Assembly: GCF_023055435.1 (NCBI RefSeq)
Contig: NW_025963890.1
Span: 57,598,001 to 57,662,000 of the forward strand
Length of the DNA: 64,000 nucleotides
Source: Haliotis rufescens
Taxonomy: Eukaryota
Reading direction: 5' to 3'
Shown: in pieces, positions 1 to 13,048 of the stretch
Layout: each line of letters begins with the position of its first letter
Numbering within the stretch: position 1 is the first letter of the stretch
Translations under genes and position numbers: made by a program
Notes under the pieces: model-generated
The model's database searches: none
Seen by the model: the letters and a program-made list of their open reading frames with translations, nothing else
Told to the model about the DNA's origin: nothing

Positions 1-101
1 GACCAGACAATCCAGTGATTGACATCATGAGCATCAATCCACGCAATTGGGATACGATGACATGCATCAACCAAGTCAGCGAGCCTGACCACCCTATCCC
101 G
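1..101 (-). mobile_element. Family C short retroposon, internal fragment lacking the 5' head
   Basis: Reverse complement of the family C body (cgggatagggtggtcaggctcgctgacttggttgatgcatg...ctggattgtctggtc). Confidence 0.85.
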
Positions 102-1304
102 CTAAAAACTCTTACAAACTTTTGTTTTCATGTTCTTCCAACTTCTAAATCCTTATCCAAGACTTACCAATGTGGATGTACACTGATGTACATTGTTTTA
201 TATATATATAAATATATATCAGAAGAAAATCAGAGAACCTCTGACAATGACTTACTAATTAATGTCTTGAAATTGAAAGGAAGTTATTTGTTAAATGTAA
301 AGACATTACTCCATGTATTAAACTTAACAGTCTTCAATGCTGCAAAATTAACATTTAATTAAAGAAGAATATTTCATTTGCATACACTTGAAACAAAGCA
401 AATTAGAACAGTTCTCGATTCTTTGTAAAATGTGTCATTGGAAAAAAGAATGCATTTTCAGCCTTTCATCCATTACAGAAATTAATCTTTGATCAAATTG
501 CAAGGGAAACGCCATATAAATATCTGATAAATTTTCTTACAAAACTGCAAGTAAACAGGATCTGCCCAAAACTGGGATATACTTTCATCCAATTATTCCA
601 GTTTGGATGAGCCAATAACCTTTCTCAAGTTTCTCCTCTGATAAGTTGTAACAATATTTATGATATAAGGGGGGTAACTCCCCACACACGACTGCTATCT
701 GCTGGAGGAAAGAGCTGCGCAGCTGGTTGATTGTGAGATGAGGGGAATCCCTTCGGTGGGACTATCTAACCGGGGCTTATCATCACGAAAATCGGGGCGG
801 ATAAAAGTGCCAGGCACTATAGCTATACAATTTACAGCAAACAGCTGTTGAAAACAACCTAAAAACGTCATCTCCCTTTACGAGATATTAGATATTAAGA
901 GTCAAAGAGAGAGCTTTAGTCATCTTCTTCCACTCAAGATCTACTTGAAAACTAGTTCTCAGAATAGAATGGTCTGTTAATATATGCACATGAGATTTGG
1001 TTGATGAAAGTGTTCAATGGTGCACAGAGCCTTACCTTTTTGCATCAAAACATCAAACTTTACCAGTGCAAATACATCATAAATGGTTTGTGTTAAAGAA
1101 CTTATCTTTACCAGCATACAGATTGTTTATCATTCTTCAAATCTCTATTACTTCTTAAAAAAACACACAAATATCATTTTTGAAACATTTCATACTGAAA
1201 GACTTCATTACTCTGTGTGAACTGGGCCTGATGCCTATTTAAACAATACTTTTTTCACGGACTTGTCAGCTTAATGTGGGAGGAAAGTCCCAAGTCACAC
1301 AGGC

Positions 1305-1500
1305 CATAGTAGACTTGCACAAGTCTCTTAGGCAATAATTATTAGTCTAAATCATAAGTTCTAGATTAAGTAAATAATAAGAACAAGTTGTCCCTGTAAG
1401 AGACTGGTGTGTACTGTCCACATATCTAGACTCCTATTAGGAGGATAGAATTACGAAACATCCATGGACGTTTCTTTCAGTACAGCCTTGGAGCAAGGCC
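1305..1500. mobile_element. Dispersed repeat fragment (probable non-autonomous DNA transposon); second copy at about 58610-58802
   Basis: tagacttgcacaagtctc...aataataagaacaagtt...cagtacagccttggagcaaggc present at both loci. Confidence 0.65.
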
Positions 1501-1628
1501 AAGGCCACAGCTGTTTGTCACTTTGGTGAAACCCACGAGCACAAGGTCGGTGCTCACAAATCAAGTTCATAATCAGAGAAAATACGAGATTCGAACCCAT
1601 GATCAGTGGAACCTTGCACGGTTAGAGG

Positions 1629-1976
1629 TGAGGTGAAATTGGGTTTAACGTCGCGTCCAAGATTATTGCACTTATATAGCAACGTGCATGCACGTGTGTG
1701 TGTGTGTGGCTGCTTGTACTAGTCCGGACCCCTCTGATTTATAGTGCTAGTCCACTGAGATACCATGCCACAGTTTAACATGAATATCCCACTCAGACAC
1801 AGTATACTGACTCCCGAGCCGACCAGTCCTTGTTTTAGCCCCTTAATGCCGAGCGCCAGACAGGGTAACAACAAGTACCATCTTTTAACGTCTTTTGGTA
1901 TGACGCGGCTGGGGATCGAACCCCGGACCTTCCGCTCTCTGGGCGGACGCTCTACCACTAGACCACGGAGGCAGTC
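1629..1976 (-). mobile_element. Family D: full-length tRNA-derived SINE with Meta/MESC-type core and (ACCTC)n tail
   Basis: Head GTGGTCTAGTGGTAGAGCG (A box)...GGTTCGATCCC (B box), then gtcataccaaaagacgttaaaagatggtacttgttg...ggcgctcggcattaagg as in Meta/MESC cores; 14-bp TSD tgcacggt(t/a)agagg. Confidence 0.88.
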
Positions 1977-3069
1977 TGCACGGTAAGAGGATGCAAACAG
2001 TCAAATGCAGCACTGAGACCCCTGGGCTGCCACACCCCATTTGCAAACTAAAACTGTGAATGCTTCTTTAATCATAGATATTTGGTGACTAAGACCTGAA
2101 GGTTTCACATATCATTGTTATCAACAACCCAGGTGCAGCGTAAAGCCTGTGTACACCGTGTCATACCCACACACTATGATCACTATATGAGAAATGTACA
2201 ACTCTGATGACCTACATGTCCGTATAACCTTATTTCACTCAGTGGTGAATAAATAATATATCTCATGTGCAAGAATAAACATAACACAAACTGTTACAAA
2301 AACAATCACGATATTTCATCCAGATTAAGAGACCATTATAATATAATCTTTCATGAAATATTTTTTCCTAAATTTCAACTAAAGTATATTCAAACGTAAG
2401 CTGTCAAACACACTGTTCTCAACTACACATGCCATATAGAAGCTATTCGGTGTCCATGCTGAATCTACAAACAAAACTGATGAAGAACTATGTACTCAAA
2501 CCATGCATCTGGACATTGATCATGTCAATATCAGTGATGTGCCACTACACAATAAACTGTGAGATGAAGTGAAATAAGAAACAGTTTATCTGTTCCAAGT
2601 TAAATTTTTTATCAAGCATATAAAACTGTCCGGAACTGAGCTCCACAAAGTTTATATTACAAGCTGCTCAGATCCAATTTCAAATGAAAGATTTCATCAC
2701 TTCTACACGGAATCTGTTTAAGTATTTGTAATCAATTATTTATTGTCATATCTGAAAAAACATATGACCAACCAATTCTTTTCATTCTAAAGCCATAAAT
2801 ATTAACAGACTGGTGAAAAAGATGAAATACTACACAAAGCCAAACATTTGTTCAAACAGTCGCAACAAAAATGTATAGAAACCATGTGACACACATCAAC
2901 CAATCATTTCAATGGATGGTCGTGATAACATCTGTCTCTATCAACACAGCAATATCACAAAAAGACATTCAGAAATAAATAAAATGCACACAATTACTCT
3001 GAAACTAAACTTCACATAAGTACGAAAAGAAAAATCAACACATTTGGGCGAGTCTGAAAACATGAACTC

Positions 3070-3083
3070 CATGCGATCATGCA
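3070..3083 (-). promoter_or_regulatory. RBFOX-type intronic splicing motifs (UGCAUG and GCAUG) downstream of the microexon
   Basis: Plus-strand catgca (3078-3083) and catgc (3070-3074) read UGCAUG/GCAUG on the transcript 83-96 nt after the microexon donor. Confidence 0.45.
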
Positions 3084-3165
3084 CATGAAATGTACGACTA
3101 CAGCTAGAGACATCTACACGAGGGAATGGACGAGAGTCAACTGCAGCATTCTCCAAACATGTTAC

Positions 3166-3183
3166 CTGTGAAAACCTCCAATG
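3166..3183 (-). CDS. MACF1/DST: 18-nt microexon of the same spectraplakin gene (HWRFSQ), plectin exon 2-alpha-like
   Basis: Minus strand: ctgac...tcctcttcctgttgattacatgcag|CAT TGG AGG TTT TCA CAG|gtaaca. Phase 0/0, so it joins in frame after KHLLK; peptide resembles plectin 2-alpha HWRAE, which sits at the same position. Confidence 0.72.
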
Positions 3184-4983
3184 CTGCATGTAATCAACAG
3201 GAAGAGGATACCACTGTCAGAAACAAACATCACAGTTGTCAACAATATTAAATATGAATACATCAATACAGTCTTCTCACGACAATAAACCATCCTGAGA
3301 CATAATAACTTCATGGACAGAAAGTCCTTTCCTTTCCAATAAATGTCCACCCAAAATGAATCTACTGGCCATAATTGTTCCTTGGCATCATTTTTCGGAA
3401 GAACATTTTCTTTTCATATGGGCTTGCAAAAAGCTATGTATACTTGCCCCAAAGAATTTTTCCAATAACCTTGGGATTTCACCAAGGGTCTGTCATCTGA
3501 TACTGGCATACCAATCAATTATCCCACTAAATATATGAAAAAAGTCAAATTCATCCCATTTAAATAAGTATGTAAATACAGATGAGGATCAGATCAAGAT
3601 AAGAGGATCGTATCATTGGTTCCAAGGCAGTGTGGTCTCTCTCTATAATGGGAGACAACTCTGTAAGGCTGTTTGCTCATTCCCCAGTACACTGGCCAAC
3701 TTTACTTTACTTGCTGTAAATGGCTGTTGTATCATGGATGTGTTGAAACACTATTACACATGATTTTTCCTAAAATTCAATTCAGCCATTCCTGTAATGA
3801 GGGTCCTATTATCAACTGATAATTCTGGTATGTTTAGCCATCCATATCAGGTCATGTCATGACCAAACAAATATCTACGAACATAAATTATAAATTTGGT
3901 CTATATATCATTGTCTTTTTATTCTATCCCTTATCACACATGTCAGTGTAATATATACATAGGTACATCGCATCTTCCCCACTGATACGAACTGAGCCTC
4001 AAGCACAATGTTGCAAACAAATGTAAATAATTAGCAATGTCTACAGCAGCTAGAGCTCCTGGGGACGATTTGAAGTTTTGTAAGATTTTTCTATTCCACT
4101 GACAGCAAAAGCTTTGGATGACAAAAATATTAACGATGAATTCGGCATCGACTAAATGATGACATGAAACTGTGTCTTGAGAGCAGGTTTTAATACTGCA
4201 AAACAGAAATAATACAAATTTTGAAACTGACATCAATTTTAGTCACCAGGTACAATTAAAAGCAACAGAACCAGGCCTAGACAGAAATCTTATATTTCCA
4301 TGAAATGACCCAAATGAATAAATATAAACCTCAAACAAGCTGTTAAAACCATTTAGATTTATTGTTATTCAACATTTTGAAATGAAATCCACAAACCAAT
4401 TTTTTAAAACTGGTTTAATCATTGTACAGACACTGACAAGTTAGAGGTGTACGTGTCTCCCAATCCCGAGGGGGTAGGTGTTGCAGTGCCTGGTGCATGG
4501 AGACTGTTATCATTGTACGTTGAACGAGGTGTACATGTCCCTCTGACTCATGCACGGCTTCATCTAGTCTGTTATCTCACATATACTCGCCCATATCTCA
4601 TACATCACACACCTTCTGTAAATATCAATGTCAGAATTGAATCTGTGTCAGGTTTATACACGTGCTGGGATGGGAATCCAAAGCAAGAGACTTTGTCTCT
4701 GAGTTTAAAATTCCAAATGCAACTTGGCAGTATGTCCCTTATTATAGACATGATCAATGGTAGTCTACATATTTATGTCAGGTATGTAATTTGTGGCTGC
4801 AACTCTTCCTATTTATTGTTTGCATGTCCCTTCCAAACTTTCAAAGTAATTATAATCATGAATATCACACCAAAATAGTTAACATTTTATTATGTACATA
4901 TTGGCACAAATTTTTCATGCACCTGTTACAAATATGGAAACTTTCAAAATTTAAACAATAGTTATCATTGTTAATAATTAAAA

Positions 4984-5242
4984 GTGAGTGAGAATGGTTT
5001 TATGCCGCTTTTAGTAATATTCCAGCAATATTCTAGCAATATCACAGTGGGGTACACTAGAAACCCGGATCTAAGCCGTGACGAGCGATACTTTATAATA
5101 ATTCAAAGCCATAAAACCTAGAAACATAATTAAGGCAAACTGGGATCAGAACCTATGATATAGGTTCCTGGCACACATAAGGGAGGCAACTCTGCACAGT
5201 TAATTCAGTGCCGCAGACAACAGAGCCACCCATGCCCCCCAC
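4984..5242 (-). mobile_element. Adjacent degenerate family A (4984-5098) and family B (5105-5242) fragments
   Basis: gtgagtgagaatggttttatgccgcttttag... followed by aacctagaaacataat...gccacccatgccccc. Confidence 0.65.
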
Positions 5243-7762
5243 TTAATTAAATGACAGGTCCCTAAAATAGTTTGTTTGTTTGTTTGATTTTGATCCGATG
5301 CTACTTAAACCTACTGTAGACACTGATAATGCAAGTAGATTCAAGGATGCTTCATGTCCATCAGGGACAGTGGGAGATGGTACCTGGGACATGCAGCTTC
5401 GTTTATATCACTCCATACATCCTGGGAGCGACACATGTCAGAAAACAGGCTTCTTGTCACCATCTCCATTAGCTAACTCTCTCTGATGACCTCAGCTTGT
5501 CTTAGTCATCAGTTCAAAGGGACAGAAAGAAGATAGTACATCTTAAGGCCTGGTCCACCACTATGGCTTAACATTAAATGTTTCAAACTGGTTTCAGATC
5601 TTAAGGGGATGGATGAGGAATCATAAATATTGGTTCTAATCTAACCATAAGACAATACGATGTTGAAAATAATCAAATCCAAAACATTTTATAGCAAATC
5701 TGAATATTTGTTCTTCACTACACTTTGAAGCACACTGAATTTTGGTTAACTAAGCAGTACAGCACTAAGTGAAAATGTCTGGTTTAACAAATTATCAGAT
5801 TTATGAATCATGAGTATGGAGTAATGATCCGTTGGCTATACAACATTCCCAACAAGACCTTGGAAGGCGGGGGTTTCCATGCAACAGACGAGACATGCCG
5901 GGTTTTTTCCAGTATCTGTGAGATTCAGTACTAATGACATGAGAATTCAAGAGACAGAAACTGAATTCACTAGCCGTAACTGTCACGTAATGATAGACAC
6001 ATCTGCCTTGGTCTCAGCTGTGTTTTTTAAACCTGCAAGCTGGCAAAATCAATGATGAAAGGTGTGGAATTAGCAGCAACCTATCCTGGTTGCTTTACCC
6101 ACTTACAAGATTACCTCCCCTTGAAAAATTTCCCAGTCTGCCCCAGGCGTACGGGCCTCTCGCACATGCACTCGGCAGCAGAGTGGTCACCTGCCATGGC
6201 TAGACCAACATACAGTCCATCAAATCTTGAAGTACACAATCAGTTTTGTTGTTTTTCGCCTTTTTAAATTCTAAAGCTAGATTTGTCTATCTTCATCATC
6301 TCGACTTGGGTCATTCTGCAGTCAAGACTACTACACCAGCCAACATATTTTTACTGTATTGTTACGGAACCTGACCTTCGATCTAGTATGTCACTTGTTA
6401 TGACAAACAAAGACTAACACATAGTCAACGAAAACAAAATAATTTTAACTTTTTTTCGTCGGAAGTTTTACAAGCAAACTCGACTTGGTTTAGTTTGATA
6501 TTGACTTGCCAAGGCTTTTAGTAAAACAAAATCCCCACAACTGGCCAGTATATGATAAAATCAATGAAACATGCAGCACATACCATACAAGATCAGGCTG
6601 CCCAACTGATTACCTGACATGGCTGGATGCAACTATATTTTCTTTGCTTTTCTAGGCAGTCATTCAATAACAACTATATTTAGTTGTAATTCTACCATAA
6701 CCTTGAAGAATGATTTATTCTGATTGGTTAAAAAGAGGTATTCTGTTTCATACTGAAACCTATTTCAAACACTCAGTGCATGGTTCCAAATTGAAATAAG
6801 AGGCATCTAGTCTACAGAGGGACTACAACAAATTTCAAAACAGTAGATGTATATCCTGAATATTCCCCTGGGAAAAGGTCAACATCTTCAAGTGAAGTGT
6901 TGCTGTATGTTATTATCAACAACAATCCAGCAATTAGAAATTCATTTTCGAAACAGAAAACCATAAATTTGTTTTAATGGAGAATAATTTGAAAAAAGGT
7001 ATGTATGTTGACTTCTAAACTGGTTTTTAAACATTTTGAGATCTCTCAGCTGGTATGATACAGATGAAGAATTTCTGAGTTTGTCCTCGTTTTGCATCCT
7101 CAGCATATTTATTCCATCAATAACGTGAACCATTTTATCACCTAACAATATCTTCAAGAGTCATCCACCTTTAACTCCAGCATAGCCATAGAAACCTCTA
7201 GGCGTGTCAATATCACCATGTGTCTGGAGCATAAAAACTGACAACTAGGGTTAAGTCATTTTAATCACCTTTGTATCTATACAATTCAGTACAAAACCAG
7301 CTCTTATATCCCGGGAGTGTCAGTTTCAACAAGACTCTCGGTGTATACTATGTATATACCACAGCAATAAGATAGACTTCAATGGGCCACACGTGGTTTG
7401 ATTATCCAGCTGTCATGCTTGATTACGTTGCATATCATGGATTGAAATGTACATTAATCGATCAGTCAACATCATGTCTATTACAAAGACACCCCATTAT
7501 AACTTTATTGCAAGGTCTTCAATGAATACATAACAGGATCCATGTATTACCCCAGCTGATTAATTCTCGTTTTGAAAACACTTAAGATGTAATAATCCTG
7601 GGTCAACCTCATAAATGTGTTGGTAAAATAGAATATATTAACACAGTGTTAAACCAGATGTAGCATTCCCAGAGACAGTGTCGAGATAAACACATCAGCA
7701 GGTTACAGAATCATTGGTATGGAGTGATGTCGATTTGTATATATATATATACTACTCAAATG

Positions 7763-8043
7763 AGTGAGTGAGTGAGTTTGGTTTAACGCCGCTTTTAACG
7801 CTATTCCAGTTATATCCCGGCGTGTCAGCTTAATGTGGGAGGAAAGCCCGAAGTGATGCAGGTATCAGACGTTTACCACTTCGGTGAAACCCACGAGTAC
7901 GGGTATGGTGCTGACAAACCTAGAAACATAATCGGGGCGAACCGTGATTCGAACCCACAATCATAGGTTTCTGGCGTGCCCAAGGGACGCAACTCTGCAC
8001 AGCGAATCGCGATGCCTAAAACAACTGGGCCACCCGTGCCCCC
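7763..8043 (-). mobile_element. Family B: full-length tRNA-derived SINE with (ACTC)n tail
   Basis: Head GGGGCACGGGTGGCCCAGTTG...GGGTTCGAATC; body with gctttcctcccacattaagctgac; TSD ctactcaaatga on both sides; inserted into a tiny tatactactcaaa...tttgagtagtata inverted-repeat element. Confidence 0.9.
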
Positions 8044-8994
8044 TACTCAAATGAAGTTAAAGAACATCTTTTGAGTAGTATATATAATCTCATCACTAAT
8101 TGCTCGGACTGTAGGTTTCTCAGTATTGATGACAGAACTGAATGCAAATTTGTAACATCAAGTGTTAAAAGAAATTACCACACTGGAATAAGATAGCTCA
8201 TGGACACTAGGGCAGAGGACAAGAAGAATCAGCCATTTATAATCAATAAAAAATAATCTGCTGATAATGTGGAAGTATTTGTAAAATTTGTCAATATCCG
8301 TTTTGTTCCAGATCATTTTTCACTGTTCAAAGATTAGTCAGAAAATACAGGTATTGCTTCCAAAAGTCTATCTGAATGTCATGACAACCAACACGTAGTC
8401 AGAACACTTTTAGGCAAGACAATGAAATATGAACTAAAAGACAAACAACAAAAATAAATAAAGAATCTTCATCAATCAACTACATCTGATAACCAAAAGT
8501 TTAAAATATTGAACTTCTAAAACCAAAACAGAAAATGAATGATTTTTTCCCACAATATAATGAAAAACATGACAGGAGAGACAAACATGAAAAACAAAGG
8601 CTATGGTTGGTATGAGGCTGTAGGAGTCTGAGTACTATTACCACATATCTGGCACTGCATGGGAATGCCTTATCTAATCAACGTGGGATAACATTACCAG
8701 TAGCCTGTAGTTCTCCACTCCAGGAACCTCCCTGAGTTTGTTTCCCACAAGTTTATTAGCCTTATTTCATGGAGCGCCATATGCTTCACAAGAGACCAAA
8801 TAGGCTCAGTTCATAACCTGGCAATGGGCTGATGAGTCTGCGACCAGGGACGATGGAATGATGGCCTGGATGATATTACAGGCTTACATTTTTGTCAATT
8901 TCTTTCTGATTGAAAATTAAAATGTTATAAACGAAGTCGGATTGTTAATCATTGCTCCTAATATGATACTTTCAAAACTTCATTATTTTCAGAT

Positions 8995-9240
8995 CCATGA
9001 AGATCCAGGTTTGAAAAGGTCTTCAGCAACCCAAGCTTGCCATAAAAGGTGAGTATGCTTGTCGATAGAGGCAACTAACAGGATCGGGTGGTCAGGCTTG
9101 CTAACTTGGTTGATCCACGTCATCAAATCCCAATTGCATAGATCGATGTTGATGACATCAATCACTGGATTGTCTGGACCAGACTTAATTATTTACAGAC
9201 CACTATTATTGCTGAGTGTGGCATTAAACAACAAACAAAA
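8995..9240 (+). mobile_element. Family C short retroposon, near full length
   Basis: ccatgaagatccaggt...ggtcttcagcaaccc...atcactggattgtctggaccagac...ggcattaaacaacaaac. Confidence 0.85.
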
Positions 9241-9462
9241 TTATTTTCATCATCTTCACTGTTTGAACATCAACATGATATGAGCATCATCATCAACACA
9301 ATCTTACTAACATTATAATCATAATCATAATCATCATAATCATCATTGCCATCTCAATAACATCATCAAACCCATTAACTCATTCATAGCATCAGCAGCA
9401 ACATCACCACCATTTTAATCAACATCATCTCGTTAACATTATCACCATCATCAACATCAAGC

Positions 9463-9671
9463 AGACACAATTTATGGATAAATTATTTACAGTAAAGGTG
9501 ACGTTCCATTTATAGATCCTTCAAGCAAGGCTTGAGGTATAAGGTATAAGGTTTTAGGTATAAGGATCTATACCGAAACGTCACCTTTACAGTAAATACT
9601 AAAGTTGTTATCCTTAAATTGTGTCTACTTTGCCATCCGTCAACTTTTAAGTAGTGCTTTTTAAACAATTC
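9463..9671. mobile_element. Inverted pair of Penelope-like element end fragments
   Basis: 9463-9525 is the reverse complement of about 9562-9627 (aaggatctataccgaaacgtcacctttacagtaaata...atccttaaattgtgtct); a related copy at about 48044-48150 shows it is a dispersed repeat. Class inferred from the ...CCGAAACGTC... motif and inverted layout. Confidence 0.5.
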
Positions 9672-10544
9672 ATCAACACCATTTCCATAACATCATCATC
9701 ATTTTTGCCATCTCTTTAAAATTATCACCATAATAACTGTGTTAGTGAGATTTTATTGTTTCAACAAGTTACAATTTCAGCAGTCCACTTAAAACTGTAA
9801 CAATAACAGTGACATCTGACCTGAACAAATTCATCAATTATTAAACAGGTAGTAATTAACAGTATATTATTCCACGTGTTTCAAGGGACTTCAAAGACAC
9901 AGCTTTCCCCCATCCAGAGCTCCACACAGTGACACAGGATAGCCAAGTCAAACAAATCACCTGTCACTCAGGAGTAACCCCACCCATAAGACTGCCGGTG
10001 AGGGCAAACATCCCACCCACACAGGCACCGAGCACTCTGTGTATGTAACTGATACGCCAACACCTACAAATTACCTTTTTCTCCCACACTACTAATATAC
10101 AGGGAGTCAATAAATGTCTCCGTCTCGGGCATCCCTCTCCAATATCTACCACAAATGTTCACCACAGAAGATCAATGTCAGTTATGTCCCTGTAGAACGC
10201 CTCAACACAGACATCCATCTCAACCCATTTTTCCTCTAAAAGAACTGTAAGATTGTTGTGAGCAATGTCTATGTTATATCTGAAGATGCATTTTGAGAAT
10301 TAAACTAACAACCAAAGCCTTAAAGAAATGACAGGTCTTAAATTTTCCTTATGAATCAAATGTCTGCTATATGCATATCAATCAGAAGTCAATTAAAAAA
10401 GAGTTGTTGTTTTTTAAGTTAAACACAAACTGAAACTATTTAAAAGAAATCAAAGAGTTATCAGCTTGAAAGTCAATGTGTACAGATAGGAGCAAGTCTC
10501 TCCCCCAATCACACAAGGACTAAATCTACCGGTACACCTCGATG

Positions 10545-10750
10545 AGTCATATCCCAGCTTGTCAACTCTAGGAGGGAAGAAAGCCCAAGGTGGCAGACAG
10601 TTATGAAGGCCAGGAGCACAGGTATGGTGCTGACAGATGAAGACTCACTATCAGTGGAAAATTGAGATTCAAACATCAAAACAGCAGAACATCACAAGGG
10701 GGACAACTCAGCACAACAATTGCTGAGCCACAGACCACTGGGGTTCCACA
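10545..10750 (-). mobile_element. Highly degenerate family B SINE
   Basis: ggaagaaagcccaaggtg...gagcacaggtatggtgctgaca...gagattcaaac. Confidence 0.55.
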
Positions 10751-11263
10751 GGGACAGGGACTAAACTGACAAAACCTATTTCATCAAAGAAATTATTTAT
10801 TTATTAATTTACTTATCATATTTGAAGAGGTGACTTCAGATTTTGAAAGTAATCCCCACTAAGGCATGGAAGAAGCTACTAGCTAACATTGTGGTTTACG
10901 ACGAGTGTAGATATCTGACTTCAAACCCTTGCTGTGTGTGCAGGTCACAACCCCTTACATTGATTTCCACCGCAAGTAAACCCAAGTTGAATTTTTATGC
11001 TGAACAAATATCTGATAAATCCAAACTCAAACAGCCTTGTCACAACCTTTATATCATGGTACTAAGAAAGAAACCACATCAACATGGGACTTGAGTTGAA
11101 AGTTCGGTCGAAGTAAATGTAGATGTGTAGACAGTGTCGTGCAGGGAAGAATGGAGAACAGCTCTCTGATGTGTTAATTGCAGAGATCTAACAGATCTTT
11201 TTGATTTCAAAGTTTGAATACAAAGTACTTGAGGAATTTGTACTACTGCAGTGCCTGGTGATT

Positions 11264-11520
11264 TGAGGTGAGGTGAGGTGAGGTGAGGTGAGGTGAGGTG
11301 AGATGAGGTGAGGTGAGGTGAGGTGAGGTGAGGTGAGGTGAGGTGAGGTGAGGTTAAATGGGGTTAAACGTTGCATTCAAGATTATTGAACTTATGTAAC
11401 ATGCATGAATGTATGCATGTCTGTCTGCATGTACTTGTCAAGATTAATTCTGTTTAATAGTGCTAGCCTCCTGCCATACCATGTCATAGTCCTTGTTTTA
11501 TACCCTCAATGCCAAATCTT
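11264..11520 (-). mobile_element. Family D SINE 3' fragment with expanded (GAGGT)n tail (about 11264-11354)
   Basis: About 18 GAGGT units followed by caagattattgaacttat and tagtgctagc as in the 1629-1976 copy. Confidence 0.8.
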
Positions 11521-11721
11521 TTATTAGGCAATAAATTTCTCAGCTTTTAAAAAACATACTACAGCGGACAATAGCTACATAGATTTCTTATCATCTAGAC
11601 TGGGTGTGATTAAAAGCAGATCTTCAAGTTATCATGCTGACTAAAGACTGGTCTGTTCCTGTCTGAATGGCATATCTTCAGAACATGGTCACGTGACATA
11701 CTCACTTCCTTCACCCTTTAA

Positions 11722-12076
11722 GGCTTAAAAGAATAAAAGAATTGGTTCTCAGGCAATGGTTTTCGAAAATATAGTGTTGGCGGGCGGTTTTTTTTTCTTT
11801 TTTGGGGATGTGGGGGGGGGGGGGGGGGGGGTTGTTCAAACTAGTATGTAACCAAATAAACAGTTGTGTACAATCAACCTGGGAAAGGACCTCCCTACAT
11901 TAATGTATTCCTTGACGAGTAAAAATCTGGAATAGTGTATTTGACTGGCGTTGGACTTGAAATATTTATGGATTTAAAAAATAAATGAATCAAAAATGGA
12001 AATATAAACAAAATGTGCAGTGGACTTTATGATGCAGGGGGTGCCTGAGAACCAAGACTATTATTATTTTTTAGCC
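11722..12076. mobile_element. PIF/Harbinger-like MITE
   Basis: Imperfect about 35-bp TIRs ggcttaaaagaata...ttggttctcaggca / tgcctgagaaccaa...tattttttagcc; TAA on both flanks; internal poly-G run. Confidence 0.7.
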
Positions 12077-12534
12077 TAACATGACTCCATTACAGGGAAG
12101 TCTACAAAAACATGGCTGAATTGGAATGTGTAACAGTTGTTCAATACTCACAAGAATAACAATCAATAAATTATGAGGCTAGTATTTTGGAACATTATTA
12201 ATTTCTCAGTCCTGACTTGCTTTACAAAACTTTTAAGTGTTTGAAGATGGATATATTTGTGTCAGCACCCTTTCACCATTATTGATATATCCACCATTAA
12301 TTCGAACGACTATTGCACCATAATAGCAGCACCACACTAAAGAGTTAGCAATGGGTTTGATCGCAATGTTGATTACAAAATGTTAACAGGCAAACTGTTA
12401 AAGCAATCGATCAGACTCTATCGGCGATATATTTAAACAATTGTATTGAGGTATTGTGGATTGCATTATGGGAAAATTATTAACATGAGATTCACCTCCA
12501 GCAGACAGAACAACTAAAACATACACCTAATAAG

Positions 12535-12720
12535 TAGACTAACATATAGTCTCTGAAATGAACATATCGTACAGAAAAAAACAGTTGTTCAGTTATCTTA
12601 ATAAAAATCTAATAAAAAGGGAGCCCAGTAATTCTCTTCATTTTCTACTTGCCAAACATTATAGACTTGCATGGGCTGTAGTTGATATAAATGTATCAGG
12701 GTCTGTAAGACAGACTAACC
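12535..12720. mobile_element. Dispersed repeat fragment; second copy at about 22470-22700
   Basis: tagactaacat(a/c)tagtctctgaaatgaacata...aataaaaagg...ctcttcattttc...atagacttgcatgg...cagact shared by both loci. Confidence 0.6.
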
Positions 12721-12953
12721 TAATAAGCTCCAGTAGGGTTGTGTTGGGTGGCTTTGGGGGAGACAAATGCCATTTTGATATTTTCATGGTTTTAGCAACT
12801 TATGATAGGACATTCCTCAATAACATGACCAAAATTGAAAAATATCTTTATAACATTTTGGAGAACAGTCAGTCAGTGTTCCAGAAAATGAACCAATCAG
12901 AACCCATGGACAAAACAGCTCACTAGTTCATAACACTTATAAACTACCCATAA

Positions 12954-13048
12954 GGCCATGCTTTTTATGTTTTAACTTATTTCTTTGACAGGCTGCTTTT
13001 CAGTCGGGGTGGTGGTTCCGTGAAATGAAAAATAAAAAATGTGCGGCC
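12954..13048. mobile_element. Short putative Harbinger-like MITE remnant
   Basis: taa|ggccatgctttttatgtttt ... aaaataaaaaatgtgcggcc|taa. Confidence 0.4.

Larger units (their letters stand above)
1255..2038 (-). mobile_element. Old family B SINE interrupted by two younger insertions
   Basis: B segments gtcagcttaatgtgggaggaaag (about 1265), ggtgaaacccacgagcac...ttcgaaccc (1525-1600) and head remnant ctgggctgccacacccc (about 2022-2038) are split by inserts at about 1305-1500 and 1629-1976. Confidence 0.7.

Noticed and set aside
15-362. Recurrent ORF start MIDIMSI.P.NWDTMTCINQVSEPDHP (also 40041, 56731, 61850)
   Set aside because: Antisense translation of the non-coding family C repeat, not a gene family.
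8826-8860. ctgatgagtc...gacga, hammerhead-like start
   Set aside because: Followed by gacgatgg rather than GAAA; no stems I/III found.
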